The notes under the pieces are model-generated. The model was not told where the DNA came from, ran no database searches, and saw only the letters and a program-made list of their open reading frames with translations. A stretch of DNA of 64,000 nucleotides from the human T2T-CHM13v2.0 reference genome, Homo sapiens. The stretch lies in assembly GCF_009914755.1 (NCBI RefSeq), contig NC_060929.1; one strand, given 5' to 3'. Positions within the stretch are counted from its first letter, which is position 1; the number at the start of each line of letters is the position of its first letter. Positions 48,121 to 62,230 of the stretch are shown here, in pieces. A program made the position numbers and the translations under genes.

Positions 48121-48479
48121 CTGTAAAGAAGTGTTTAAAAGAAGTGTGGTTAAGGGACTAATTCTGCTACCACTGAAGATCTTCTTTTGTGTGTCCAGAT
48201 AAACTTGTACCTACAAGTGTGTGAAGATTTCTCACCTATCTTCTTTCAAGCTATTTAGAATTTTACTTTCTAAAATCTCTTAAAACTTGGACTTTATTGG
48301 TGAGCTTTGTCTGCAAGGGCTAAGTAAATTAAGCATTTCCCCTATCTGGGCCATGTCTCCTTGTCCCAACTGCATGCAAAAAAACTAATATATATTCACC
48401 CCCATTGTTTTTCCACACTAAGAAAATTATATAAAATAGTATATTTAGAGATGTAAGTATATTTTTAATATATTTATTT

Positions 48480-51300
48480 GCTTTTTAAAAATGTGATCAT
48501 ATTATACATACTCTCTGCTCAGTATCTTACGGTTTTTACTTAATAGATCAAAAAGAGAAAACTTCTGAGTGAGGATTCTCTTTAATATCTTCATATTTTC
48601 CATAGTTAAATATTCCATATTTTATTTAATCATTTTCTTATAGATTAATATTTACCTTATTTTATGTTTTCCACAATCCAGTTGCAATTAACATCCTTGT
48701 AGCTATATGATTGAGGCTTGTATTTCCATAGGATATATTCACAGAAGACACGTTAAATATACACATTTACATTTCAATGCATTTCACCTAAGAGATTTCC
48801 AAGTACTGTAAAATGTACATTTCCACTAGCAATATATTGTAATGTCTTTTTTTGTTCTGTCAACATTAGTTGTTGCTGAGAGAAAAACATATTGAACATA
48901 TTGTTTATTGAAATGTAATAACAATAAACTATTTTTTGCTTTAAGTTTTCAGAATGTATGGCCTTGCAGTCTTACAGTTATTAACTTAGTTGCAAATATT
49001 AATTCTAATCAATAATAGGTATATTAACTTTGTTTATACTGTATTTTGTGAATCAGCATATGTTTAAAACTTTAGGTCAGGCTGTGGTGGCTCACACCTG
49101 TAAACCTAGCACTTTGGGAGGCTAAGTCTGGAGGATTGCTTGAGCCCAGGAGTTTGAGAGCAGCCAAGGCAACATAGCATGAAGCCATCTATACAAAATA
49201 AAACTTTATATAGTTAAATATGTCTACCTTTATGTTTTTCATAGTTTCTAGGTTTGTTGACATGGTTATAAGCTTTTTCCAACTAATAGTATGTTTGTTT
49301 AATCTCTTACATCTTATTTTAACATACTTAGTTTTTACCCTTAATTTACATTTATGTAAAATGTGTTTGTATAAGTAGCATGGCTTAATCATCTGTATTT
49401 TCTCCCACTTGGAATGGTATTTTGGTCAACATATTTGTTAAATCAGTCATGTTTCCACAAAATTAAAATACACCACTGTCAAACATAAAATTTTTAACGA
49501 TGCATGCACTAGAATCCATTTGTTTCACTCTTGGATTACTTTATTCTTATAGCAAAGGCAATTTAAAATTCTGGTGGTTTTGCATTGTTTTACTATAAGT
49601 CTATTATTCTGTAACTATTCTACTTTGTTATAAGTGACCTGGGTATTCTCAGGCATTTATTTTTCAAATGGAATTTGAGATCTTTTTACCTAACCAAAGA
49701 AATAACACATGTGATTCCAATGGAAATTACATTAAATGTATAATATAATTCAGAAAGAACTGACAATTTTATTGTATTAATCTTCCTATCAAAAGCACAG
49801 CATGTCATTCTATTATTCATATTTTCTTTTGCATTAAGATTAAGCAGTTTTCAAAATATAGCATAACACTAGATAGACTTGATCTATTTTCTTATGCAGT
49901 GCTTGCTTTTATATATTTCATTGTTATTATAGTTTTTCACTTCTATATTTTGTTGACTTACTCAAGATGCTACAAATTGCATTTTAATTTTCCCTTTGGG
50001 TACTTCTGCTTCTATTTATGACAGATTACTTGTATTAGACCAACTTATCCTTTCAAGAAGAAATAAAACCACTGTAAGAAATGCCAAAGACTGCTCATTA
50101 AATGTGATAGAGTGCAGTTAAGAAAGCCTGAATTTTATAGGGCCAAGATCATGGAGAGAAAAGTATTGACATGAGCCAGACATTCTCTGCCACTTTTCCT
50201 TCCAAATATTTGTTGATTAATAACAATAGAAAACTTAGCAAACAGGCAGAAACTGTGGTTCAGAATTTATGGTGGTCTCGTGGGGTTAGGGGGCTAAAAA
50301 ATTTCAATGCAAGCCTACAAACTGTGTTAATACTAGAAGAGAAAGATCCTGTGGAAGAGGGAACTGCGGAAAAATGAGCTTGCCTTTCTGTGCTGTTTTT
50401 ATCCTTGAGGCATTAGCAATTTCATACAGTCATAGGGAAAAGGCTAAGAAATTGAGGGAACACATATTCAGGATCTCAATTAGGTATCAGCAATTTAGGA
50501 TACCCAAATTAAATTCATCCCAACACCTGTTTTTGTAAATAAAGTTTTATTGGAACAAAGACACAGCCATTTATATATGTGCTGTCTGACCTACAAAGCC
50601 TAAAATATTAATCATTTGGCCATTCAAAGGAAAAGTGTGCTGACTCCTGTTTCAACCCAACATTTTGATTGCAGAAAGGAGTTTCTTAGCAAGTGTGTTA
50701 GGAAAAGAGGCGTACCGTAGGACTGCCTAACAAAAAGCCAATAGGAAATTGGCTAACCTTCACAAAGACTGAAATATTCTATCCCTATTTAGACCAGGAA
50801 AAGTTTATCTTTCTTCAAAATGTAAAATATATTTCCAGGAATACCAGAAGGTAGAATAGAAATGATAGAAATTAAAAAGAAAAAAAATCAGACAAAAGAA
50901 ACAAAGGCAGAGATGATGAACGTATAAGAATTCTAGACACAAATTTTAAAATTACTGTGTTAATATATTCCAGAGAAAATGGAAAAACTGAAGATTCATA
51001 CCAGAAAACTGGAATCCCTAAAAATAGAAAATCTTGGAAATGCTAAGTCTGAGAAACACAGCTAACTGAAATTAAACATGTAGTGAGTAAATTAAAAGTA
51101 GCATAATAAACAGAAGACAAGCAAGGTAGAAGATAGTAGAGAAACATCCAGGAAAATAAAGAAAAGAACAAAAGAGCTAATGGTCTGTCATTCGTCTAAG
51201 TGAATTTGCAATAGAGAGAAGAGAAGTAATAGGAAAGAATGGTAACTGAAGAAATATTGGTTGTGAACTTCTCAAATGTGATCATCAAGCCACAGATGTA
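48480..51300. mobile_element. Degraded old L1M fragments with an Alu monomer (~49075-49190) and a MER58-like piece (~50480-50650)
   Basis: T-rich antisense L1 relics, then A-rich L1 ORF1-like relics; CCTGTTTTTGTAAATAAAGTTTTATTGGAACA (MER58 motif). Confidence 0.5.
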
Positions 51301-51337
51301 AAATGTTTATTGCTTTTGTTTAAAATACAATTTTTGA

Positions 51338-51660
<323 letters not shown>

Positions 51661-53773
51661 TTTTTGAAGTTAAATTGAAATTGTTACTTCTATTGAAAAT
51701 ATTCTTCTCCTAACAGCAGTCTTATTTGTGTCTGTTCTCCTTCTTTTGCTTTTTCTGTCTGATGGGTTGCCTTCTCTTGTTTTCTCATTAAAGCTCATTC
51801 CTAATACTGGAGTGACATGGCAGTGATGTGGAGAGAGGTGCAAAACAATGTATTCCTTGCCTAAGAAGAGACAACAGTCAAGTTTTCAGTTTCATGTTAC
51901 TCTAATTTTTAGGGTACAGAGAGCTCAACATACATGCCAGTGTTTTGTCCCACACCTCCTCTGGTGCAGAGGACCAGCTAGTCCTCCATGAAACACTCAA
52001 AAAAAAGATGCAGTCTCTCCCAATATGAGGGATGGGATCCAGGATATCCACAGGCTGGGTTCTCTTTGGAGTCCATCTGATTTCTTTACATCTTCATCAT
52101 AAACTTCCCTCCACTTGTTCCAAAGTGACATAAAGCCCAGTGGGGAAGATTAATACACCAACCCTCTCTTTGAGACTGCACTTAAATCTGAGGCCTTGCT
52201 ACCAGACCCTAAGCCTCAGCAGCTCTGTGGCAAGTGAGAGATAAAGTAGCTTAGTGGCAATTAGGATAATGACAGCAGGGCAGTAAGTTTTGAAGCTGCC
52301 ATCATTTTTTATTCTTGTAAACTTGCTTCTTTAAAAATGTATTTAAATATACTGTTTCTTCAGAAATATTTATTCTTCCAAAAGCCTTTTTTAGACATAC
52401 CCAATTCTAAAGGAAATTTCATGCAACTGAAATAAAAGCCAAGAACAGATGACTATTCTTATATGATAGTTAAACCAAACAGATCATTAGGGGTAACACC
52501 ACTATAATATTTTTTTTCTTTTCATGTGCCAAATAGTTATGTGCAGAATATAATTTGACTAATAGTATCTCCTTTTGAATGTACTCCATAAAAATCTATT
52601 GTAGAATCCAGGCCAAAATAATTATGTATTTAGACACATCGATTTCAATAGGAAGTTATGAAAATAGAATCATTTCTTCTTTTAAGCATAGATTTGTTGA
52701 TTTATTTTTCATATTTTTTAAATTCCTCATGAGATTAAAAAATGATAACTGTAAATTTCTGAGCCAACTGACTTGATCAGGGAGGTATGACGTTGAACAT
52801 TATATAGGAAATTGCACAGAGATATGTTCAATATACTTTATATTAAAAATGCCACTTTTCCAATGATTATATCATAAATAGAAGTAAATACATAGATTAT
52901 CAAACATTCAGCAGTCAAGAACTCCCCATGGGCCAAATATATTGATTTACTAGGATGGAAGTTCTTTTCTTGTTTTCTGGATTTCAAATGACACTGCACT
53001 GGCAGCAAACAAAGCTGAACCAAATTAACACTGAACAATGAAGAAAAATGAGTCTGGCATCTTAGCCCAGGGGATTTTGCCAAGGGAACATAGTTTCTTT
53101 CCCGATTTCTAAATGATTTCTATTTTCAGAGGACAAAATGAATCTCCTATTTCACACTAGTAAAAAAAAAATTGGAATCAAGAAAAATTAAATGAATTTA
53201 AGGAGAAATGCTAATTATAATAATCCATATTTATATAATAAATGTATATCTCAGTGTACTATGATAAAAGTCATAATACTTTTGATTTATCAATATAAAA
53301 TATATATGCAAGGTGGCAAGTAATTACCTGAGGCAAACTTGCATTTGTAGGTAGTATTGTTAGAAGAATTTCAAATACTGATTATCCATGATTGTTCAGA
53401 TACAGAGATGCACTCACAGAATCCCCACCAACCACTGAATTATGCCCAGTGTCAGTGTTAAAAGGACTTCCAAGAGATACTGCAATAACTGAATTATACA
53501 AATGAGGGAATGGAGAACAAAAGAGATGGAACTATTAACTTTTAGTCACCTCTTGATAGAGTTGGAGATCTCAGGTTTCCAGACTTCTACAGAAGGGAAC
53601 ATATTATTATGTCCATTTAATGACCAGATATCAACTAATATTCAATAGGAACAGCTGGAATTTTCTCACGTCTACTTACTATAAATTTTAGGTATATTTT
53701 TCACTCAATTTTATGACCTTTAAAGAAGACAATTATCTATCAAATTATCTGGAGTAGAAAGAGGGAAATATAT

Positions 53774-56700
53774 TGTTACAGGAGATAGAAAGAAATTATT
53801 TGGGTAGACAGGGCAAAGGGAGTCCTTGGCAGAAAACTTTCCTTCAAACTAAAAGCAGCTCTGAAGTAGCTTTCTTTCTAACCTCATGCAGTTCAAAGAA
53901 ATCACTTCTCTTCTAACAAAGAGCAACCTGAAAGATCAGGCTGTAAAAACACAGATAAACAACTGGGGCACAGAAGGAGGTGGGGGAGTCTCCCAGTTAA
54001 TCACGAAACTACATACTCATAAAATGGGCCCCAGTAAAAACACTGGGACTTAATAAGCACATTTCTTTCCCTACAGGCACACTAAGATATGGAAGCTAAA
54101 AGAGGACTAAGAGGATTCTGGGGATATTACAAGATATTGCAGACTGTGAGTACCTGGGTACAGGAAAATGGCTTACCCTTTGTACCACCTCATAAGAGAA
54201 AGTCAAACAGTTAAAACTCACCCCCACCCCCTTTTGGGGGAACCTAAGGCTCAAAAAGCCTTTAACCAGCTAAAGTGTACCTTACTTAAAACACCAGCCC
54301 TCAGTCATCCCATAGGGAAAACTTTCAGTCTCTATGTATCGGAAAGGAAGGAAATAGCCCTGGAAGTTTAAGCTAAGGCTTGAGGTCCAACTCAACAGCC
54401 AGTAGGTTGCTTGAGCAAGGAACATAACTGGTGTCTAAAGGATGGTCAGCCTGCCTCCAAGCAGTTACAGTGGTGGCTTTTCTGGTACCAGAGGCTACTG
54501 ACTTAACCATGGGGAATAACAACTGTGTGCACCCCACACAGTATAGCAGGACTGCTGTCCTTTAAGGAAAGGCTCTGGCTACTGTAAAATCGCCTCCTCA
54601 AATACCAAACTTTTCTGCTAAAGGGATTTGCAGTCCACTCGAAAACCTGTCCTTGCCTGAGCCCAGCCACTTTCTCCCAGAGAAAACTGGAGAACCTGAA
54701 CATGACTGTGAACAGGCAGTGGAGCAAACTGGTAAAAGAAATAATAAGAATCACTGTTCGCATTCTCTGTAAAGATTTAATTAATGAAAAATGATTGTCT
54801 TAAAGGGTGCTCAGCTTAAGTGAAAGTAGATATCCAAGTTATGAGTATATTTAAAAGGCCTTTATGTTTTTCTCTTCACAGATCTTGTTTTCCTGGAAAA
54901 GGATTTTACCTCAGTCGACTGAATTACTTTTTTCACTGTGTCTTGCCACTCTTCGTGCATGCATCAAAGACCCTAATATGACTTCTGGTGGCCTGGGACT
55001 CCTTGGGAAAACAGAAAAGGGGCCACAAATCCCATTTTGGGAACAATCTGTTTTACTCATGGAACCCCTGGAATTAGAGGTGTGTAAGTACCTCTCAAAA
55101 TCTGTCTTTGTCTTCTGGCTATGCTTTTTATGAGGCCCTGGAATTTGTAGTCCTAGCCCTGTTCTTAGAGTGTCTCACTAGGAGGCGTAATAATCCAATT
55201 AGGAAACTAGCCAATGAAAAATCTCATAACTACTGGATCTTCTTCTGTTTATCTGTGTGGTTACATATGTGTTATGTGTGTAATATCTATTAAAAAGGGC
55301 TCTAATTAATTGGCCTAAGAACAGTAAGCACTTAAATAAAATATTTTTAAGGGAAAAGTAAAAGCTGTGTTACTTTTCAGTTCACATGACTTTAATCTTT
55401 ACAAATAAAAAGTCCTAGAAATTATTGGTAAAATACAAATGTCTTCAAGGTGTAAAAATGTGGTCTAAATTATGCAGGCCAGATACTAGGTTTGCTAAAT
55501 GTTTTAAGGTTGTAAACTCTTCTTTGGCCTTTAAAAACTGTCAACTCACCTGCCTCACAATTGGTAAGGCCTGGGAACATAGGGAAGTTACCATGCCCGT
55601 AACTATCCTAAAAGGAGTCAAACTTTATCTGCATCTAGCACATAATTAAAACAACCTATCAGATTTCACAGTAAAGTTGAAAATTTCTAAGAGTTACCAT
55701 TATGACATGTAATTGAAATTACTAAAAAGAAATCTACCTGCAAGGTGTATAAAAAACAGTAAAATGTGTTTTTATTTAAAGATTATAAGAAAGCATGGAA
55801 ATATACATTTTATCTAGAAATAAAGGATTGTCTTTTTAAAGTAGAAAGTTTAAGCAAATTGTGAAAAGATTGTAAAAATTAATCTTTCAAAGGAAACTCT
55901 GTGTGTGAACATATTAACTAAATACAAAAGGGTATTATACTTTTTTTTCTGTAAACACTATAATAAAAGCAGAACAAGGTTTTCTTAAGATGCCAATCCA
56001 CTCTTTAGCAAAATTTGTAGAGGTTTATAAAAGGTTTGTGAAAATCTCACTTCATAGTCAAACTGGTTAAGATTATGTAGGATTGTCTACAAGGTTTCAT
56101 TAAAAATTAGAGTTAATTTTAATAGCAAACTAATGCATGGGTAAAATTTAACTTTCTCTCTTGAATGGGATTTTCATGTAATTAAAAATGCTGATGAATG
56201 GTTTTTGCTTTTTCAGATTTTTGTCTCATCATTTTGGCAAAACAAATAACTTATGGTAATCTAAAATTCTACTTCATAATATCAAGTGTTTTAAATTCTG
56301 AACATATTTAACAGGCTTCCTAAAATCAAACTTTAGTCTCAGGGTTGTCTTTCCTGACCCCTAGCTTTTGGGTGCTGCAGAGCACCCCTGGAGCATCTGG
56401 AAAAGAGGTAAACAGGATTATTTAACATGTTTAGGCACATGGAATTGCCAAAATGATGTTTAATACTCTTCAGGTTATATTCTAGGGAATAATATCAACA
56501 TATGTTCCAAAATGGTCTGGGCTGTCTAAGGTTCTATTGTCTGAATATGTGCTATTAATCACAATTAAGGTTATTATGTTGGGTTATTGTAAGCCATGGA
56601 AATAACCAAATTTGTCAATCATGTTCTTGACTGTAACCACCCTGAACATTTTGTCATTTATAGACATTTGTCTTGTTTTAATTGTCTTCAAAAGATGGTT

Positions 56701-58986
56701 TATAATCAAGCTGTGGAACTTTAACAGGTGCTCTTCAATGCAGGTTTCTGATAACAGAAAAATGTACAGGACTCATAAAAAGCTAAAATGTTTAGGAATA
56801 TCAAGCAGAACAAAAGTTAACAGAATGGAATGAACTAATAGAAAATTAAAGCAATATTCTTAATTTATGCTTGGAACACTGCTGATTATTATTTTGTTTT
56901 TCAAAGTCAAGGAAACTTTCTTAAAGGCTTTTAACAACTAAACAAGTTATACTCCTGTGAACGATATTTAAAACGTGTTTGTTTCTCTGTGCCTAGTTCC
57001 TCTAGAATTTGGAAACTAGTTGTAAGTATTCTTGAATTACAACAATATAGGTGTTTGCATCAGTACAACAAGTATCCATTTTCTTTTGCAACAAGATACA
57101 ACTGGAGAAACTGTTCTGTGGAGGCTTTGAGTGGAAGGGTGTGCTTCCCTTTAAGGAATCAAGCTTGATTTGCAAAGCCAATAAAACCCCCTTAAGAAAA
57201 CTGGCCTCCTACCTGTCTACACAGTCTCTGTACAAGATTACTGACCTGTGGTGAGCAAAAAAATGTCACTTTCTAACAGACCTAGGAACTCCATGCTTCT
57301 AAAATCTCAGGAAGAAAAAAGTTTATCCAACTCACAGTTATTTGTAGATACAAACCCATGGCTGGGCTTGGTTTTAAAAAGTCCGATCTGAAATTCCTTG
57401 TGGAACAGAGAGTTCCATCAAAGCCAATCAAAAAGGCCTATATAGAGGTGATTATTCTTGCTTCATTTTATGCAAATAATCAGGCCAAGTATACAACTAA
57501 AGTTTACTTTGCAAACAGCTAAGTCCTATCATAAGTTGTTTTTTAACAAAATGAGGACTAGAGAGACAGAAATTATGTTTCAAAATTTATCATACATCTG
57601 TCATTGGATTCAAGTCTCATTAGTCATTTTTAAATTCTTGTCTACATTTTAAACTAACCATGCTAATTCTTGTAATCCAACCACATCTCCAGCTGTGGCT
57701 CAAACAAAACAGAAAGTGATAGGTAATGTAAAAATCTCGAACAATGTTCTGGCTGGGCAATTATCCTATAAATCTTGCTAGGTAGCCTATAACCCCAAGG
57801 TTTTCTTTTTTTGGGAAAGTAAGATCAAGAAAGTTTAAAAAAGCCTAGCCCCATACACTCACTTAAAACAGCACAACCCATCTAAATGGCTTACAGGTAT
57901 CAAATAAACTCTGTTGTCATGGTTATGGCCTATAGTGCCCCCACTAATAATGGTAGTCTTAATACTCATATTTTAACCCTATATTCTAAACCTCCTTGTA
58001 AAGTTTACTTCTTCTCACCTAGAAACCATCAAGCTTTAAATGGTGTGGCAAAAGGAGCTGAAAATTAAACTGACCTTCTACTGCATACCCTTAAATTGAC
58101 CCAGGAGGAGCCCTAGCTGCTATTCCCATGCCACGCCCCTCTCCAGCAGGAAGTAGCCAGAGTAAGTCGACGCCCAATTCCCCATAACAGCAGTTAGGAA
58201 TTTCATTCCTGAGGGGGGTGTTTGTTATAGGAGATAAAAATAAATTATTTGGGTAGACAGAGTAAAGAGAGTCCCCGGCAGAATACTTTCCTTCTAACAA
58301 AAAGCAGCTCAGAAATGGCTCCCTTTCTAACCTTGTGAAGTTCAAAGAAATCATTTCTCTTCTAACAAAGAACAACCTGAAAGGCTGTAAAAACACAGAT
58401 AAACAACTTGGGCACAGAAAGAGGTGGGGGAGTCTCCTCGGTAATCACCAAACTTCACATTCATAAAATGGGCCCTAGTAAAAACAATGGGCCTTAATAA
58501 CCACATTCCTTTCCCTTTAAGCACACTAAGATAAGGAAGCTAAAAGCAGGGGGGCAGGGGAGGATCCCTGCAGCTGTGCAAGAAGATGAGAAGATGTCTG
58601 GAACAGACACAGAAACTCTCCCTCCCAGATAAGCAAAATAGAGCAGCAGAAACTAAGAGTCTACCTATGTAATCAAGGAATTGGGTGAGAGCTGATAGAA
58701 AACTCTGTGCTATGCACATAGCACACCTGATTCCAACTAAATCTTCAGGCCTTAGGAAGATAAGACACCCCTCCTCACTAGCCCATTTATAAAATCCCTG
58801 ACTTTTTACTACAACTTGGAAACCCACTCAGGACCCCTCCCTGTGACAGAGAGCTGTTCTTTCCTTTTGCCTATTAAGCTCCTGCTCCAATCTCACTCTA
58901 CGTGTGTGTGTGTGTCCATGACCTTGATTTCCTTGGCCATGAGACCAAGAACCCTGGTATTTACCCCAGACAACAAGGCTGCTTCA
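53774..58986 (+). mobile_element. ERV1 (MER4-group, MER50-like LTR) provirus relic: truncated 5'LTR 53774-~54105, pol fragment ~54107-54740, internal, full 3'LTR 58223-58986
   Basis: Matching LTR starts TGTTA(C/T)AGGAGATA.AAA.AAATTATTTGGGTAGACAG, purine tract GAGGGGGG before the 3'LTR, CA end, TSD ATAT/GTAT. Gammaretroviral pol peptide AQKAFNQLKCTLLKTPALSHPIGKTFSLYVSE. Confidence 0.85.
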
Positions 58987-59209
58987 GTATGACTGAGAAC
59001 TTCCAGGTGTTGGAGAAATGAAAAATTTGCTGGGTAAAAGTAATAAACCTGATCTCCAACATGTTAAGTATAAAATGTCAACAAAATAGCATTTACTTGA
59101 GTGCACAATGGAGAAAAGAAACAAATAGTCTCAATAGGTTAAAAGCAATGGATTTAATAACATATAAGGCCTATATAGAGGTGATTAAATCTTAATAGGA
59201 CTTATTAGG

Positions 59210-59370
59210 AAAAACAGGACAGAAGAGCAAGTGAAAGGGGTCTGATGGCACTCACTCCGTAGCGATATCCCGGATGAGCCCCCAAGATGTGTCCAGAATT
59301 GGTTACTGCTGGTGGGTTCGTGGTCTAGCTGACTTCATGAATGAAGCTGCAGACCTTCACAGTGAGTGAT
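59210..59370 (-). mobile_element. Fragment of an LTR12-like LTR 3' end with PBS and leader
   Basis: Minus strand: ...AACCAATTCTGGACACA TCT TGGGGGCTCATCCGGGAT, 17/18 to the tRNA-Pro PBS. Confidence 0.7.
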
Positions 59371-59663
59371 TAATAGGATTAAGTTTAAAGTTTTTAATGT
59401 CTGTCTGAATAAATGCATTTCCCTACACAATACAAAACATAAACTAAACATCTGAGAGCATACTTCAAAAGCTGTGACAGTGAGAAATGAAACATAAAGT
59501 TATTTTTAAGTGAGCAGAAGTTGGTTTTTTCATTATAAAAAATGTATTTTGAAAAGTAGATTGAAGAAGATGTGTTATAAATAAACAAAACAATACTAAC
59601 ACTATTTAAGTTCAATTAAATTCTAAATGGATTCCCCTTTTAAGGGAGCTTAACATATGCAAT

Positions 59664-60089
59664 TGAGAGGTGAGGCAAGCTGGACTTCCTGGGTCGAGTG
59701 GGGACTTGGGGAACTTTCCTGTCTTACAAGAGGATTGTAAAATGCACCAATCAGCACTCTGTAAAATGCACCAATCAGCAGGATTCTAAAAGTAGCCGAT
59801 CGTGGGGAAAATTGAAAAATGGGCACTCTGATAGGACAGAAGCAGAACATGAGAGGGGACAATAAGGGAATAAAATCTGGCCACCCCAGCCAGCAGTGGA
59901 AACCCACTCAGGTCCCCTTCCACACTGTAGAAGCTTTGTCCTTTTGCTCTTCACAATAAACCTTGCTACCGCTCACTTTTTGGGTCCTCGCTATCTTTAA
60001 GAGCTGTAACTCTTACCGCGAAGGTCTGCGGCTTCATTCTTGAAATAGCAAAACCACAAACTCACCAGTAGGAACCAATTCCAGACATG
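59664..60089 (+). mobile_element. LTR12(F-like) solo LTR
   Basis: TGAGAGGTGAGGCAAGCTGGACTTCCTGGGTCGAGTGGGGAC, two TGTAAAATGCACCAATCAGC (CCAAT/NF-Y) repeats, CACAATAAA, GGAACCAATTCCAGACA. Confidence 0.8.
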
Positions 60090-61010
60090 CATGACAATGC
60101 AGTAGGCAATTATCAAAGAAGGTGTAAGCTGTGCATTGGAATTTCCACAACTATTCTGAAATATACAAAGCAGTTTTCATATAAAGACAATGGACAGAGG
60201 TTTGAAATCAAGCCTGTAAACAACTTATGATAGAAAAGCATTTTGTCTTTTAGGAAACATGGTGAGCTAATTTTTCATCTATGAACAAAGAACATTAAAA
60301 TATGAATGACATAATACCAATTCTTGAACCATACGAATATTTTGCTTTCATCTTTATTTCACATTACTTTAGTTTATTTGAAATAAATATTTCAGCAACA
60401 TTGGAAATGACTTTATTTTTTCAAAGTTCATTTATAAATCTGTGATCATTTTAAAAACTACATTTTTGAAATTACTATAAGTTCTGTGAAAAAATTAGAC
60501 ATTATCCTTGCCATCAATAAGGTCACATTCTCGTTGGAAAGGTAGAACTTACCAAATTAATAGTTTATACTTACTAAATCACTGAAAGACTTCCTGATTA
60601 AATGATGGACTAAATTGAGAAAAATAATCTAGAACCAGATTATTTAAAAAATTACACAAATCAGACATGAATTTAAATTTAATATGATAGGCAACATAAA
60701 GATATTATAAGCTTTTGAACAGAGAAATTATTTTTCTCCTATTATATGTCAAGACAAAATTAGTTTTGAGAAGATCAATCTAGCAGTAATATGGGCAGAT
60801 AATTAAAAAGGGGAAAAATTGAGTTAGAGAGACTCTTAAGAAGCTATTATTATGATCCAGAAATGGAAATAATTAATCATCTCAATTCATGTTCTACTTG
60901 TGAGAGTTAGATGGAAAATTGTATGTTAGTGATTTGAGATGTTTTAATTACTGACTTTCATGCATGTGGGATGTAGAGTGACAATAATATGTAGTCAAAA
61001 ATGACTTTAA

Positions 61011-61311
61011 GGCTGGGCACGGTGGCTCACGCCTGTAATACCAGCACTTTGGGAGGCCGAGGCAGGCAGATTACAAGGTCAGGAATTCAAGACCAGCCTG
61101 GCCAATGTAGTGAAACCCCATCTCTACTAAGAATACAAAAATTAGCTGGGCATGGTGGCAGGGGCCTGTAATCCCAGCTACTCAGGAAGCTGAGGCAGGA
61201 GTATCGGTTGAACCCAGCAGGCGGAGGTTGCAGTGAGCCGAGATAGCGCCACTGCACTCCAGCCTGGGCTACAGGGTGAGATTTTGTCTCAATAAATAAA
61301 TAAATAAAAAT
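61011..61311 (+). mobile_element. AluS (Sg-like) within a degraded L2-like region
   Basis: Full Alu; TSD AAAATGACTTTAA. Confidence 0.88.
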
Positions 61312-62109
61312 AAAATGACTTTAAAATTTGTAACCTGGAATACTAAAAGAATGACAGTGCCATATAGATTTGGGGAAATTATGAAGGAATATTTGTATTA
61401 ATGAAAGCAATTTTACATTAACACTATGAAAAAATAGCTAATATTAAACATTACAGCATGAAGCAAAGATTACCTACTGTGAGGAATTTGGATGAATAAT
61501 TTAACAACTTGAAACACTTGTTCGCATCTTCCCAGAGAAATTAAATCCCAAATCCTGCTGAGTATCCATTTACCATCACAGCAAGAAAATAAAGAACAAC
61601 AGACTATTTAAGTGTCAGAATTTCAGGTGGCTTGCATATCGTAAGGTGCACTGGATAAGAAGTAAATAAGGAGCCACAATAAATGTTACAACATAGCATT
61701 ATTTTTACACCATTCCTACACATTTTACAGAATCTCCAACCATGCTTATCAATTTCCTTCAGTTTTGCAAGTTCCTAGAGGATGTTTTGTATGTGATCCA
61801 AAACCTACTTTTAGGAATAATTCATATGACATCTATCGTTTTCTTTAGTTACTTTGAACTTTTTAAATTACCAAGTCCTCTGAAGGGAATCATTGAAATT
61901 TCCAACAGTGTCTGCTGAAGGGGCTGTTCCTACAAAGAGGTTTTGAAAGTATTGATGACACCTCTAATGTTGTCAATGACTGTGCCAAGACTGGTAACAA
62001 TGCTTGAAAAATGGATGCCTATTGGAATATCCCTGACTCCTGCTGCTGCCAAGGTTGCTGGCAATGACACTGCTGATGCTTTGTCCTCACAGTGGGCTCC
62101 TCAGTTAGT

Positions 62110-62230
62110 ACTTCCTTCCTCCCTCCCTCCCTCCCTCCCTCCCTTCCTCCCTTCCTTCCTTGTGCTTTCTTCTTTTTTCTTTTTTTATCCTTTCCTCATT
62201 TATTTTTTCATTTGATTTTTTAATTTTTAA
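62110..62230. repeat. (CCCT/CCTT)n and T-rich low-complexity tract
   Basis: Direct inspection. Confidence 0.85.
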
